Source: Acidimicrobiales bacterium
GTDB lineage: Bacteria > Actinomycetota > Acidimicrobiia > Acidimicrobiales > Palsa-688
NCBI GenBank assembly: GCA_035533095.1
Contig: DATLUM010000012.1
Coordinates: forward strand, 61 to 64,060
DNA: 64,000 nucleotides
Reading direction: 5' to 3'
Shown one piece after another: positions 1-9,803 of the stretch. Every line of letters begins with the position of its first letter. Position 1 is the first letter of the stretch. The translations under genes were made by a program, and so were the position numbers. The notes beneath the pieces were generated by a model. That model searched no databases. It had not been told where the DNA came from and saw nothing but the letters and a program-made list of their open reading frames with translations.

Positions 1-136
1 TCTCGTCAACCTCGTAGCGGCACGCGGTGCAACTCGAGACGTGGGCGGACACTTGGCGGGCCACTGCAGGTTCGAGGATTCCAAGGGTGTATTCGGTGAC
101 GAGGATCCGAACTTGCGTGCAGTTCATCTCAGTCAT
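1..136 (-). CDS. anti-sigma factor, zf-HC2 (ZAS) type, N-terminal part; gene continues beyond window start
   Basis: Manual minus-strand translation from ATG 136..134 gives MTEMNCTQVRILVTEYTLGILEPAVARQVSAHVSSCTACRYEVDE, with an H-x3-C-x2-C zinc motif. The start overlaps the stop of the upstream ECF sigma gene by 8 nt. Confidence 0.7.
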   Translation of the reverse strand, partial: MTEMNCTQVRILVTEYTLGILEPAVARQVSAHVSSCTACRYEVDE

Positions 137-710
137 GGGCCACCTCCGGCGAGGAGAGGCGTTCCCGAAGCCGGGTCATTGCAGTCCTGATCCTCGTCTT
201 CGCGGTTCCGAGCGGGATCCCTTCTGCATCGGCGACTTCCTGTGCGGTCATCCGGTACATCCCGGCCATCACCAGTGCTCGGGCTTGTTCGGGCGGCAGC
301 TGCCGGATGCACGAGCGGAGGTGAGCGTGCGCCTCGTTGCGAATGGCCACCTCTCCCGGCCCATCCTGGACCGGTCCGAGCAGGCGAATGAGGTCCGTAG
401 GATCGACAGGGTCGGGCTTGCGCACTCGAAGCATGTCGACCGCCGCGTTCCTGGTGACAGTGGTGAGCCAGCCCCTGACGGTGCCGCGTCTCGAGTCGAA
501 CGTAGAGGACCGCTTCCAGGCTCGGATGAAGGCCTGCTGGGCCACATCCTCCGCGAGGACGGCATCGCCGACAACTGCAAGGGCCACCGCGTAGACGTGG
601 GCTTGAAACCTCCGGACGAACGCGAGCTGAACGTCAGGTCCTCCCGCCGAGAAACCGGCGAGCAGGGCGTCATCCGTCATCCACTCCACAGGTAGCCCCA
701 CCCTCGTCAC
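129..710 (-). CDS. ECF-type RNA polymerase sigma-70 family factor
   Basis: 193-aa ORF with region-2-like FIRAWKR...RGWLTTVTRNAAVDMLR and region-4 HTH ALVMAGMYRMTAQEVADAEGIPLGTAKTRIRTA. Followed by an anti-sigma gene. Confidence 0.9.
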   Translation of the reverse strand: MTRVGLPVEWMTDDALLAGFSAGGPDVQLAFVRRFQAHVYAVALAVVGDAVLAEDVAQQAFIRAWKRSSTFDSRRGTVRGWLTTVTRNAAVDMLRVRKPDPVDPTDLIRLLGPVQDGPGEVAIRNEAHAHLRSCIRQLPPEQARALVMAGMYRMTAQEVADAEGIPLGTAKTRIRTAMTRLRERLSSPEVAHD

Positions 711-807
711 GCTCTGTATACGACTGATTGCGTACTGCGGATTGGGATGTACCTCGCCATACTTCCGGCTTGTCGTGTCCGCGCAGATTCAGTCGAGTTG
801 CTGGCCG

Positions 808-1542
808 TCAGTAGGAGGGCAAGCCGGGGACGGTCGTGGGCGAGGTTGTTGGAGGGCTCGTCGCCGGCGGAGATGTGGCTGGGGGCTGGGTTGCCGGTGG
901 CTGAGTCGCCGGAGTCTCCGCAGCGGGCGCTTTGGTCGTCGGGGGGCTGGTCGCGGGCGGACGGGTGCTGGAAGGCGACCCAGCCGGGCTGGCAGGGGCG
1001 GTGGTCCCCGGCGCTTCCGTCGAAGCCGCAACCGTCGCTAGTATCCACTTGCCTGCGCGGTCGACGACGTTCTGACCCGTCACCTGACCGGGCTGCTTGT
1101 CCGTCACGAACAAATAAAGGGGCAGGCCATTCCAGGTGACCTGCAACTGGTTGCCCCGTTGGAGCGTCCCGAGACCGGTGACTCCCGGGCCCGGCACCGG
1201 CGCTGTGTCCCCGGCAGGCAACAGCAGCGGCGGCCAGATCTTCAGGCACGCGGCGTCGCAGCCCGCGCCACCCGGTTCGTCGGCCGTATAGGTGTACAGG
1301 GCGAAGCCGGCTGCCGTTGTGAGAATCTGCCCATACCGCGGGTTGCTCATGATGACCACGATCGGCTTCGAGGCGCCGGTCTGGGTACCCCCACCGCTCG
1401 CAGACGCTGCGACCTTGTTGCCGCTGCTGCAAGCAGCAACAACCAGTCCTATCGACATCGCGAACGCGGCAACCGTCAGCATCCTCAGTCTTGACTGTCG
1501 AACCGCAGAATCGGCGCGACGGATCGTCGCCTGCAAAGCCAT
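808..1542 (-). CDS. lipoprotein with a COG4315-like secreted domain and a C-terminal Pro/Thr/Ser-rich tail
   Basis: Lipobox LVVAAC after a charged N-region. Core LYTYTADEPGGAGCDAACLKIWPPLL...WNGLPLYLFVTDKQPG is typical of the Yx(FWY)xxD lipoprotein family. SD-like AAGGGAGGG lies just upstream of ATG 1542. Confidence 0.8.
   Translation of the reverse strand: MALQATIRRADSAVRQSRLRMLTVAAFAMSIGLVVAACSSGNKVAASASGGGTQTGASKPIVVIMSNPRYGQILTTAAGFALYTYTADEPGGAGCDAACLKIWPPLLLPAGDTAPVPGPGVTGLGTLQRGNQLQVTWNGLPLYLFVTDKQPGQVTGQNVVDRAGKWILATVAASTEAPGTTAPASPAGSPSSTRPPATSPPTTKAPAAETPATQPPATQPPATSPPATSPPTTSPTTVPGLPSY
811..1020 (-). repeat. low-complexity coding repeat (PPATS/PPATQ units) forming the C-terminal tail of the lipoprotein
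   Basis: Translation reads ...TRPPATSPPTTKAPAAETPATQPPATQPPATSPPATSPPTTSPTTVPGLPSY. Confidence 0.6.
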
Positions 1543-1619
1543 AGACCCTCCCTTACGTTGTTGCGTTCAATACGTGCGAGGGCCCGCGAGAGATTCCGCA
1601 ATCGAACGAAACGCGGGTC

Positions 1620-3248
1620 TCATGTGTTGCTGCGATACGTGAGGAGTGCACCATCGACATGTACGAGCACCTTCCCGTCCAGTCCTCGGATTGCTGACGG
1701 GTCGGTGTCCGGATACAAGCCCAACTGGAGGCGGGATACTCTCGCTTTGACGAACTGGTCACCGAAGTACAACACCCAGGTCCGGGAGGCAACCCGGCTC
1801 TTGATTCCGCTCTCATCCAGCGTCAGGACCAGTCCCGCCGCGTACGGCCACAGTCCGCCTGATGCGATGTTCAACTCGACCGTTCGATCACTTCGCCTCA
1901 CCACGCCGAGCACGGCCTCGTCGATTTTGGCGGTATCGGCGACAGTGCGGTGGCGGCCCCGAGCCGAACCGGCGTCGGCGGGCGGCCAGGGCCCTGATCC
2001 GATCGTGCGGTTCGCAGAAGGAAGCGCCAGGTCCGAAACCGTTGCTCCTGCCGACACGAACAGTGCCGCCACCAAGAGCCCCGAGGTCATCACGGAGCCG
2101 TGCGACCACCGGGCTGCTGCACCTCGGGCTGCCCGGAAAGGCCCCTCTCCGGGCAGCGCCGTACCGAAGCCGATCAATGCCACCAGGGGGACGACGGACA
2201 GCCACAGCGCGAAGTACAAGTAGACGGGCCCGTCACTGGCACTCAACGAGAGTGTCCCGAGCCCGCCGGTTACAACCGCACCGATCAGCAAGAAGATCGG
2301 TAGGTCGAGTCCACGGCGCGTGGCCAGCCGGACGGTGGCCCACGAAGCTATCGCCAACATGGCTGCCGCCGCGAGAAGCTCGACCGACCCGCGGTGGAGC
2401 GCGAGGACGTAGTCGTGGTTGCCGAAGGGCAGCACCGTCAGGGAATCTCCCGCGATGCCGACCAACTGGCGCGGGTTCACAGTCTGGTGGTTGCTCGTGA
2501 AGAAGTCCCACATCGAGGCGAGGTTGTTGGGATGATCCCGAAAGAGCTCGATCACCGGCGGGACCCACATTGCGGCAAAGGTGCTTGCGCCGATCCACGC
2601 CGCCGGCCCGAATCGTGCCGTCGGGCGGGCATGCGAGCGGCTCGACCGGATGACCCGTACGACCAAGGTCGCAGACAGCGCGACTACGACGACGGTTGTA
2701 GCGATGTGGGTCTGTATCTCGTAGGAACCGACGACTACGGCCCAGGCGGCCGACCCTATCGATCCCGACATAGCGACCGCCCACAGCAATAGGAACAGCA
2801 GCATCGGCATCACGACGAGGTAAGGATTCCACGGCTCACGCAGAGTTCCCACGCCGAGGGCCAAGGCGAACAGGTCGATCGCAACGGCACCCCAGAGCGC
2901 GGTTCGGGGTCCCGCGCGCCGCCACAACAGCCCGACCGATGCGAGCATCGCGGCCAGATTGATGGCCAACGCACCGACGTACAAGCCGGCGCCCGACGAG
3001 CCGAGCAGGTTGACGAACGGTGCGAGCAGGTAGAACATCGCCGGCCCGGGATGATGGAAACCGGTCCTGCTGTAAGGCCCGAGCAACTGGCTGAAAGCGG
3101 CCGCCCGTCGAGCTCCGAGAGCCACGAGCGCCTGGTCCCCGTAGAGCGTCACTTCCGGTCGATTGACCGCTACCCGGAGGATTTCGACGAGGGGAAATAC
3201 AGCGACCGTCCCAAGCGCGGCGACACCGGTCCACCACCCGGTCGTCAA
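1620..3248 (-). CDS. polytopic integral membrane protein, GT-C/ArnT-like glycosyltransferase fold suspected
   Basis: 542-aa ORF with about 12 hydrophobic helices followed by a soluble C-terminal domain of about 120 aa. No catalytic motif was recognised with certainty. Confidence 0.55.
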   Translation of the reverse strand: MTTGWWTGVAALGTVAVFPLVEILRVAVNRPEVTLYGDQALVALGARRAAAFSQLLGPYSRTGFHHPGPAMFYLLAPFVNLLGSSGAGLYVGALAINLAAMLASVGLLWRRAGPRTALWGAVAIDLFALALGVGTLREPWNPYLVVMPMLLFLLLWAVAMSGSIGSAAWAVVVGSYEIQTHIATTVVVVALSATLVVRVIRSSRSHARPTARFGPAAWIGASTFAAMWVPPVIELFRDHPNNLASMWDFFTSNHQTVNPRQLVGIAGDSLTVLPFGNHDYVLALHRGSVELLAAAAMLAIASWATVRLATRRGLDLPIFLLIGAVVTGGLGTLSLSASDGPVYLYFALWLSVVPLVALIGFGTALPGEGPFRAARGAAARWSHGSVMTSGLLVAALFVSAGATVSDLALPSANRTIGSGPWPPADAGSARGRHRTVADTAKIDEAVLGVVRRSDRTVELNIASGGLWPYAAGLVLTLDESGIKSRVASRTWVLYFGDQFVKARVSRLQLGLYPDTDPSAIRGLDGKVLVHVDGALLTYRSNT

Positions 3249-3291
3249 TTGCTGAGCCGGGGTCGTGACGGCGGAGTCGGCGTCCTGCCGG

Positions 3292-3885
3292 TTACGAGGT
3301 AGCGAGTCGATCAGGGCGATTGTCGTACCCTTCGTCGCTGCCGATGGCTGACCGCTCTGATGCGACCAGGCGCCGGGAGGCGAGGCGCCTTTCCCAGGTC
3401 GCCCGCACGGCGGTGTCCAGGGAGAATTTGCCTGTGCCGAGCATCGCGACGACGAAAGCCAACGTTGCGAGCGCGAGGTTCAGCTCGTAGCCGCCGCCGG
3501 GGAGATTGGAGGCGATCCCGTTGGAGAAGGTGACGGTCAGCATCGCCATGGCCATGTCACCTGTGAGGCTCGCAGCAGCCAACCGTGCGAAGGTGCCGAG
3601 CCCGACAGCGGCGCCCCCGAAGCACTCGATGATCCCGCCGAGGACTGTGAAGAAAGTCGCCGGGTGGAGATGTGCAACTGTGCCGTAGAAGATCGATGCT
3701 CGATGGAGTCCGGGTCCTCCGAACGCACCGAAGAGGGTCGCGGTCCCGTGGTAGATGAAGATCCACGCGAGCGCTACACGGGCACCGAGCAGAGCTAGGT
3801 CTCTGGTGACGGGAGCCCCCTTAGCCTTGTCCGACCAGCCGTAGATCCTGCCGGCCCACCTGATCCATGCATCTACCACCGTCAT
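3292..3885 (-). CDS. DoxX family membrane protein
   Basis: LLGARVALAWIFIYHGTATLFGAFGGPG plus 4 TM helices is typical of DoxX. 4-nt overlap with the upstream gene. Confidence 0.75.
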   Translation of the reverse strand: MTVVDAWIRWAGRIYGWSDKAKGAPVTRDLALLGARVALAWIFIYHGTATLFGAFGGPGLHRASIFYGTVAHLHPATFFTVLGGIIECFGGAAVGLGTFARLAAASLTGDMAMAMLTVTFSNGIASNLPGGGYELNLALATLAFVVAMLGTGKFSLDTAVRATWERRLASRRLVASERSAIGSDEGYDNRPDRLATS

Positions 3886-4883
3886 CCCTCCAGTCCGCTT
3901 CGTAGCCGGAAAGGCTGCGACAACTGTTCGGCGACCAACGGCAGGAGCCTCCGACCCGGCGCCGCCTGCTCCACCGCTACCGGCCTGCCTTCGATCCCCG
4001 TCGGGACGGGAGTCGTGCTTCCCGGGAATGCAGCGGTTCGCGCCATGCGGTCCCAGACGGTGAGCACGAACCCGAAGTTGACTACCTGCTTACCGTCGAC
4101 CGCGGAACTGGCGTGGTGGAGTCGATGGAACCCGGGACTGATCAGCACCCGACCGAGTGGCCCGTATTGCCAGGGCAGGTTGGCGTGCGAAACCGCCACC
4201 AGGCTGCCGTACACGACCAATGTGGCGGTAGGCACCGCCCCGTTCGCCTCGAGCACCACCGCGGGGATCAGCGCGGGTAGGTAGGAAGCGTGGGTCAGCG
4301 GGTGCGTCCTGAATGTCGTGAGGACGCTCATCTCCTCCTGCGAGTGATGGAGCGCATGAAACCGCCACAACGGTGACGACCGGTGGTTGCCCCAGTGCGC
4401 CACCCAGTTCATGGCGTCGATGCCGACGAGGATTATTGCGACCCCCATCGCCTTCGGCAGGAACGGCAGCCTCTCCAATACCAGAACGTGGGCGTAGCGG
4501 CCGACAGCCACCGCGAAGCCCGTGTTGAGCAAGGTCACCAGGGGTACGGCAGCCGCGTAGACGAAGAAGTATGCAGCGTCGACCATGTGGGCGCGAGCTC
4601 TCGCAGGGCGCGGGACCGCCGGCCACACCCGCTCGGCCATGAACGTCGTCACTACGACAGCTGTCAAGACGGGACCGACCATCTGGCTCTGGGCCGAGCT
4701 GAACGCCCGGAGTATCAGATGCGCCCGGGCGAGCTCTGCCAAACCCAGGAATAGGAGCCAGCCGGCAGCGGAGGTCAACAGGAGCGCCGCCAGCCATACC
4801 CCCCGGGCGCGGGTCGGTGGATCAGTCACCACCGGTGTCAGATCCGGCAGCTCGCGTTGGGGCGGCGCTGTCGCGGCTAGCAC
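3882..4883 (-). CDS. fatty acid hydroxylase / sterol desaturase family membrane protein
   Basis: Histidine boxes HWGNHR, HALHHSQEE and HRLHH. The ORF track extends to 4961, but GTG 4883 avoids overlap with the small lipoprotein gene. Confidence 0.8.
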   Translation of the reverse strand: MLAATAPPQRELPDLTPVVTDPPTRARGVWLAALLLTSAAGWLLFLGLAELARAHLILRAFSSAQSQMVGPVLTAVVVTTFMAERVWPAVPRPARARAHMVDAAYFFVYAAAVPLVTLLNTGFAVAVGRYAHVLVLERLPFLPKAMGVAIILVGIDAMNWVAHWGNHRSSPLWRFHALHHSQEEMSVLTTFRTHPLTHASYLPALIPAVVLEANGAVPTATLVVYGSLVAVSHANLPWQYGPLGRVLISPGFHRLHHASSAVDGKQVVNFGFVLTVWDRMARTAAFPGSTTPVPTGIEGRPVAVEQAAPGRRLLPLVAEQLSQPFRLRSGLEG

Positions 4884-4896
4884 GGCTGATCGAAGA

Positions 4897-5115
4897 TCAG
4901 TACGAGACCCCGCCGCCGCTGGGGGCGAGCGTGGGAGGCGTCGTGTTCGGAGCGTTCGCACCCGTCGAGTTGTTTGCAGCCCCCGGTGACTGGGCGGGCG
5001 CGGCCGGCGGGCTTGTCTTCGAGGACGAGCCGCAGGCGGCCAGGCCGGCCGAGACCGCCAAGCTCAAGCCTGCCGTCAACACCAGTTTGCGAACCTGCAA
5101 GCGCCGATCTGCCAT
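4897..5115 (-). CDS. small lipoprotein consisting almost only of a signal peptide plus a P/T/A-rich tail
   Basis: MADRRLQVRKLVLTAGLSLAVSAGLAACGSS lipobox. High third-position GC. Ends ...APSGGGVSY. Confidence 0.55.
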   Translation of the reverse strand: MADRRLQVRKLVLTAGLSLAVSAGLAACGSSSKTSPPAAPAQSPGAANNSTGANAPNTTPPTLAPSGGGVSY

Positions 5116-5272
5116 GTCGTGTCCTTTCCCGTCCACCCGCGTGGGCAACGCCTGGCTCTACATACGTATGGCCGGAGCTGTGGAGATGGCGTGGAAGGCC
5201 GGCCGCGCTGCCGGCGCTGTCCGGTGGGTAGGCGGTTGCGCGCCGGCAGCTCGCGTGCCTAGAAAGCTGGAT

Positions 5273-5701
5273 GTGCCCCCCGCTTCCGGCAAAGCAGCAC
5301 CTCAGCCGACGCCCGAGACGGCCCCCTACTGGGAGGCAGCCAACAACCGCGAGCTGAAGATCCAGTACTGCAACTCCTGCTCGCGCCATTTCTTCTACCC
5401 GCGCATCGCCTGTCCGCGATGCGGCTCTGCTGACGTGACCTGGGTCAAAGCCTCGGGTCGCGCCAGGCTGCACACCTACCTGATCAACCACCGCCCGGCG
5501 TCCGGATTCGAAGAAGACGCGCCCTACGCCATCGCGGTCGTCGAGCTCGAAGAAGGACCCCGGATGATGACCAACATCGTCGGCGTCCCCAACACCCCCG
5601 AAGAGCTTCAACTCGACATGGCTCTCGAGGTGCGCTTCGAACCACGCGGCAAGGATGGCGAGCAACTCGTCCCCGTCTTCACACCGTCGACACAAGCATG
5701 A
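5273..5701 (+). CDS. DUF35 Zn-ribbon/OB-fold protein (thiolase partner)
   Basis: YCNSCSRHFFYPRIACPRCGS zinc ribbon followed by an OB-fold segment. GTG 5273 chosen; the upstream part of the 294-aa ORF is not protein-like. 4-nt overlap with the thiolase gene. Confidence 0.8.
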   Translation: MPPASGKAAPQPTPETAPYWEAANNRELKIQYCNSCSRHFFYPRIACPRCGSADVTWVKASGRARLHTYLINHRPASGFEEDAPYAIAVVELEEGPRMMTNIVGVPNTPEELQLDMALEVRFEPRGKDGEQLVPVFTPSTQA

Positions 5702-6846
5702 CCGTCCGGGGGAAGTCGGCCATCGTCGGCGCCGCCGAATCCACCCGTATCGGCGTCGTCCCCGACATGTCCGCGCTCGAGCTGCACGCCGAATCGGCGC
5801 GGCTCGCGCTCGCCGACGCGGGCCTCTCCATCGCGGACGTCGACGGCGTCGCGTCAGCGGGGATATCTCCGATCGTCGTGGCCCATCACCTGGGGATCGA
5901 GCCGACGTGGCTGGACTTCACTTCGATCGGCGGCTGCAGCTTTCTCGTGCACGTCCGCCACGCTGCTGCCGCGATAGCGACGGGGCTCGCTGAAGTCGTG
6001 CTGATCACCCATGGAGAGTCCGGTCGCTCGCGCGTGGGCCAAGCGCGGCGCCAATCCGATCCCGCCTCACCGCAGGGCCAGTTCGAGGTCCCCTACGGGC
6101 CGGTGGGGCCACCGACCCTGTTCCCGATGGGCGTGCTTCGCTACATGAAGCAGTACGGGCTGACCCACGAGCAGCTCGCGAGCGTCGCCGTCGCCCAGCG
6201 GCGTTGGGCGGCCGACGTCCCGAGGGCGATGCACCGCGACCTCATCACCGTCGACGACGTCCTCGCGTCGCGGGTGATCGCGTACCCCATGCACCTGCTC
6301 GAGTGCTGCCTGGTCACCGACGGCGGCGGCGCGCTCGTCGTCACCTCCGCTGATCGCGCCCGCGCGACGCCCGGACCGAAACCTGCCGTCTACGTCCTGG
6401 GCACCGGCGAAGCCTCAGAGACGCCGATGGTCTCGATGATGGAGGACTTCACCTCCTCGGCCGCCTTCCGTAATTCCTCCGCGAAGGCATTCGCCGAGGC
6501 GGGGATCCGGCCCGCGGACGTAGACCACCTGATGGTCTACGACGCCTTCGCCCACCTTCCCATCTACGGGCTCGAGGACCTGGGATTCGTCGACCGGGGC
6601 GAAGCGGGCGCCTTCATCGAGGAAGGCAACACATCACCGGGTGGCAGCCTGCCGCTCAACACCAACGGCGGCGGCCTGTCCTACACCCACACCGGTATGT
6701 ACGGAATGTTCCTCGTGCAGGAGTCGGTGCGCCAGCTGCGCAAGGAGGCTGCCAACCAGGTTCCCGGCGTCGAGGTCAGCGTGGCGCAAGGCGTCGGCGG
6801 GATGTTCATGTCGGCCGGAACTCTCGTGCTCGGGACCAGCATCTGA
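5698..6846 (+). CDS. thiolase-like protein (SCP-x / lipid-transfer type acetyl-CoA acetyltransferase)
   Basis: 382-aa ORF. ...NTNGGGLSYTHTGMYGMF... C-terminal thiolase signature. Paired with DUF35. Confidence 0.85.
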   Translation: MTVRGKSAIVGAAESTRIGVVPDMSALELHAESARLALADAGLSIADVDGVASAGISPIVVAHHLGIEPTWLDFTSIGGCSFLVHVRHAAAAIATGLAEVVLITHGESGRSRVGQARRQSDPASPQGQFEVPYGPVGPPTLFPMGVLRYMKQYGLTHEQLASVAVAQRRWAADVPRAMHRDLITVDDVLASRVIAYPMHLLECCLVTDGGGALVVTSADRARATPGPKPAVYVLGTGEASETPMVSMMEDFTSSAAFRNSSAKAFAEAGIRPADVDHLMVYDAFAHLPIYGLEDLGFVDRGEAGAFIEEGNTSPGGSLPLNTNGGGLSYTHTGMYGMFLVQESVRQLRKEAANQVPGVEVSVAQGVGGMFMSAGTLVLGTSI

Positions 6847-6880
6847 TCTAGTAGTTGGGGAAGACTCAGGGGGAAAGACA

Positions 6881-8128
6881 ATGGACGTCGATCTGGGACC
6901 GGAAATCGCAGAGTTCCGTTTGGAGATGCGCGATTGGATCGGCTCCAACTCGCCTGAAGGCCTCAACGAGCTCACCAACTGGGGTGGCCAGCAGGTCGCC
7001 GGCGGAAGGCGCGGTGTCGAGCGTCTCAAGCTTCTCGACCATCCGTTGCACAAAGAGTGGGAGTCGCGTCTTCAACTCGCCAAGTTGATCTGCCCACAGT
7101 GGCCGGAAGCCGTTGGAGGGCGAGGGTGGGACGGTGTCCGCGTCGCCGTGTGGTTCGAGGAGCTTCGCCGCCAGAACGTCCCACCGGTCAGGCGCGGGAT
7201 GGGGGAGACGCTCGTCGGACCCGCGATCATCGTGCACGGCACGCCTGAGCAAAAGGCGCACTTCCTGCCGAGAATCGTCGAGGGGATCGACGTCTACTGC
7301 CAGGGCTATTCCGAACCGGACCATGGCTCGGACCTCGGCGCTGTCGAGACGCGCGGTGTCGTAGACGGCGACGAGCTCGTCATCACCGGGCAGAAGGTGT
7401 GGACCTCCGGCGCGCAGAGGGCGAACATGATCTTCGTCATCTGCCGCACTAACCCCGACGCCCCCAAGCACAAAGGGCTTTCGTACGTCCTCGTGCCGTT
7501 CTCACCGGAGAACGGGGTCACCGTCCGGCCGCTCCGGCAGATGTCGGGCGCGTCGGGGTTCTGCGAGGACTTCCTGGAAGGCGCGAGGGCACCTCTGTTC
7601 AACGTCATCGGCGGCCTCAACAACGGCTGGGCGCCGGCCATGACCACCCTCGGGTTCGAGCGCGGCGGCAATGCCACCACCGCTCACCTCGGCTTCGAGC
7701 AGGAGGTGTGGGACCTCATCGACCTGGCCCGCAAGAACGGCAGGATCTCCGATCCGCTCGTGCGCCAGCAGCTCGCCTGGTCGTATACCCAGGTGCAGAT
7801 AATGCGCTACGCCGGCCTCCGGCTTCTCGCCGGCCTGGCGAAGGGCAAGGAGCCCGGCCCCGAGGCGTCGGTCAACAAGCTGTTCTGGAGCGAGTTCCAC
7901 AAGCGCTTCGGCGAGATCGCCGTCGACGTAGTGGGCGCCGGCGCGATGATCCGCCCGGACGCCTCCGACGTTTCCGACCGGTCCGGGTACGTGACCGACG
8001 ACTGGCAGGACATCTTCCTGTCCAGCCGCGCCGGCACCATCTACTCGGGCACCAGCCAGATCCAGAAGAACATCATCGGCGAGAGAGCGCTCGGCTTGCC
8101 CAAGGAGCCGAGCGCCGAGAGGAGGTAG
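6881..8128 (+). CDS. acyl-CoA dehydrogenase
   Basis: ATG 6881 preceded by AGGGGGA. YCQGYSEPDHGSDL and GTSQIQKNIIGERALGLP are ACAD hallmarks. Confidence 0.9.
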   Translation: MDVDLGPEIAEFRLEMRDWIGSNSPEGLNELTNWGGQQVAGGRRGVERLKLLDHPLHKEWESRLQLAKLICPQWPEAVGGRGWDGVRVAVWFEELRRQNVPPVRRGMGETLVGPAIIVHGTPEQKAHFLPRIVEGIDVYCQGYSEPDHGSDLGAVETRGVVDGDELVITGQKVWTSGAQRANMIFVICRTNPDAPKHKGLSYVLVPFSPENGVTVRPLRQMSGASGFCEDFLEGARAPLFNVIGGLNNGWAPAMTTLGFERGGNATTAHLGFEQEVWDLIDLARKNGRISDPLVRQQLAWSYTQVQIMRYAGLRLLAGLAKGKEPGPEASVNKLFWSEFHKRFGEIAVDVVGAGAMIRPDASDVSDRSGYVTDDWQDIFLSSRAGTIYSGTSQIQKNIIGERALGLPKEPSAERR

Positions 8129-8133
8129 ACGCC

Positions 8134-9093
8134 ATGACCGGTATCTGCGAGGGCCGCACCGTCATCGTGACCGGAGCGGGCCGGGGCCTCGGTCGCGAGC
8201 ACGCGCTGGAACTGGCCCGCCAGGGTGCACGTGTCGTCGTCAACGACCTCGGCTCGGGCGTAGACGGCTCCGGCAGTTCGCACGGGCCCGCCGACGAGGT
8301 CGTGCAGGAGATCAAGGACATGGGCGGCGAAGCGTTCGTCAACTGGGACGACGTCTCCGACTGGGACGGAGCGCAACGTCTCATCCAATCAGCAATCGAC
8401 ACCTTCGGCGGCCTCGACGTCCTCGTCAACAACGCCGGCATCCTGCGGGACCGCATGCTCGTGAACATGACGCCCCAGGAGTGGGACGACGTCATACGAG
8501 TGCACCTGCGTGGCACCTTCGCTCCGACGCACTGGGCGGCGCAGTACTGGAGGGATCGCGCCAAGGAAGGTGAAAACAACGACGCCCGCGTCATCTGCAC
8601 CAGTTCCTCCTCCGGAATCTACGGCAACGTCGGCCAGACCAACTACGGGGCCGCCAAGGCGGGGATCGCGTCGTTCACGATCATCGCCTCGATGGAGCTG
8701 GCCCGCTACGGCGTGACCGTCAACGCGATAGCTCCCGGAGCCCGCACCCGCATGACCGAGGAACTGGCTCGAGCGCGCGGAGTCCCGGAGCCCACGCCGG
8801 GGGACTGGGACCCGCGCGACCCGAGCAACGTAGCCCCGCTGATCGCTTGGCTGGCGAGCAGCGAGTCAGCGCACGTGACAGGCCGGGTGTTCAACCTCGC
8901 CGGCGGGCGCATAAGCGTCGCCGAGGGCTGGCACGCAGGCCCGGGCGCGGACAAAGGCGGTCGCTGGGACCCAGCGGAGCTGGGGCCGGTGGTCACGTCC
9001 ATGGTCGACCAGGCAGCCCCGAATGCTCGCACCAACGGTCAGATCCCGGACCGTTCCGCGCCCGGTGCGAACTGCATGCCCGGCGTCGCGTAG
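8134..9093 (+). CDS. short-chain dehydrogenase/reductase (3-hydroxyacyl-CoA dehydrogenase-like)
   Basis: TGAGRGLGR Rossmann motif, NNAG, and YGAAKAG active-site motif. ATG 8134 preceded by GAGGAGG. Confidence 0.9.
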   Translation: MTGICEGRTVIVTGAGRGLGREHALELARQGARVVVNDLGSGVDGSGSSHGPADEVVQEIKDMGGEAFVNWDDVSDWDGAQRLIQSAIDTFGGLDVLVNNAGILRDRMLVNMTPQEWDDVIRVHLRGTFAPTHWAAQYWRDRAKEGENNDARVICTSSSSGIYGNVGQTNYGAAKAGIASFTIIASMELARYGVTVNAIAPGARTRMTEELARARGVPEPTPGDWDPRDPSNVAPLIAWLASSESAHVTGRVFNLAGGRISVAEGWHAGPGADKGGRWDPAELGPVVTSMVDQAAPNARTNGQIPDRSAPGANCMPGVA

Positions 9094-9803
9094 TACCGCC
9101 CCGCATCCGTTACGAGGAACGCCTCGTAGCCCTCGGTCCGGTCGATGACGCCCAGCAGCGCCTCGCCGGCCACCGCGAGTGCGGTGGCGAGGGCGTCGGT
9201 CATCCCGAGGTCGGGGCCGGTGACGGTCGCTGAGGCTGCAACACGGGCGGTGCGGCCGGTGGACGGGTCGACGAGCTGTCCCGGTCGTTCGTAGTCGCCC
9301 GAGGTCGCGATGGCCCCGGTCACCTCCGCGACAGCCGCGTAGCGGTCGGGCTGGGCGGGATGCCTCACCGCGATCCTCCAAGGGTGACCCTCGGGTGAAC
9401 CGGCCACAGCGATGTCGCCGCCGGCGTTGACCATCACGGTCCTGCATCCGGCACCCGTGAGCTCGCGCAGCGCCCGATCCGCCGCCCAGCCCTTGACCAA
9501 TCCGCTCGGGTCGGGCCCGCCGGGCATCGCCCACGGATCGAATGCGCCTCCGGTGAGCTCCCGCGCGAGCCTGCACTGCTCGAGGACCTCGACGATCAGG
9601 CGGGCGTCCGCCGGTTCGAAGTCTTCGAGTTCAGCCGTACCCGCCCGCAACAACGACATCGGGCTCTCCGGGTTCCACGTCGAGAAGATCCGGTCGGCCT
9701 CATGGAGCGCGCACACGGCGGCGGCGACACCCTCCGGGGGCAGGGGATCCGGGCTCGTGATGCCGACCACCGTCCCCATCACGGGCTCGAGGTGCGTGTT
9801 CAT
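9039..9803 (-). CDS. apbE: FAD:protein FMN transferase
   Basis: ApbE-like VMGT...FDP...KGWAAD...AIATSGDYER motifs. 1-nt stop/start overlap (TGATG) with the FMN-binding gene. Confidence 0.85.
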   Translation of the reverse strand: MNTHLEPVMGTVVGITSPDPLPPEGVAAAVCALHEADRIFSTWNPESPMSLLRAGTAELEDFEPADARLIVEVLEQCRLARELTGGAFDPWAMPGGPDPSGLVKGWAADRALRELTGAGCRTVMVNAGGDIAVAGSPEGHPWRIAVRHPAQPDRYAAVAEVTGAIATSGDYERPGQLVDPSTGRTARVAASATVTGPDLGMTDALATALAVAGEALLGVIDRTEGYEAFLVTDAGRYYATPGMQFAPGAERSGI

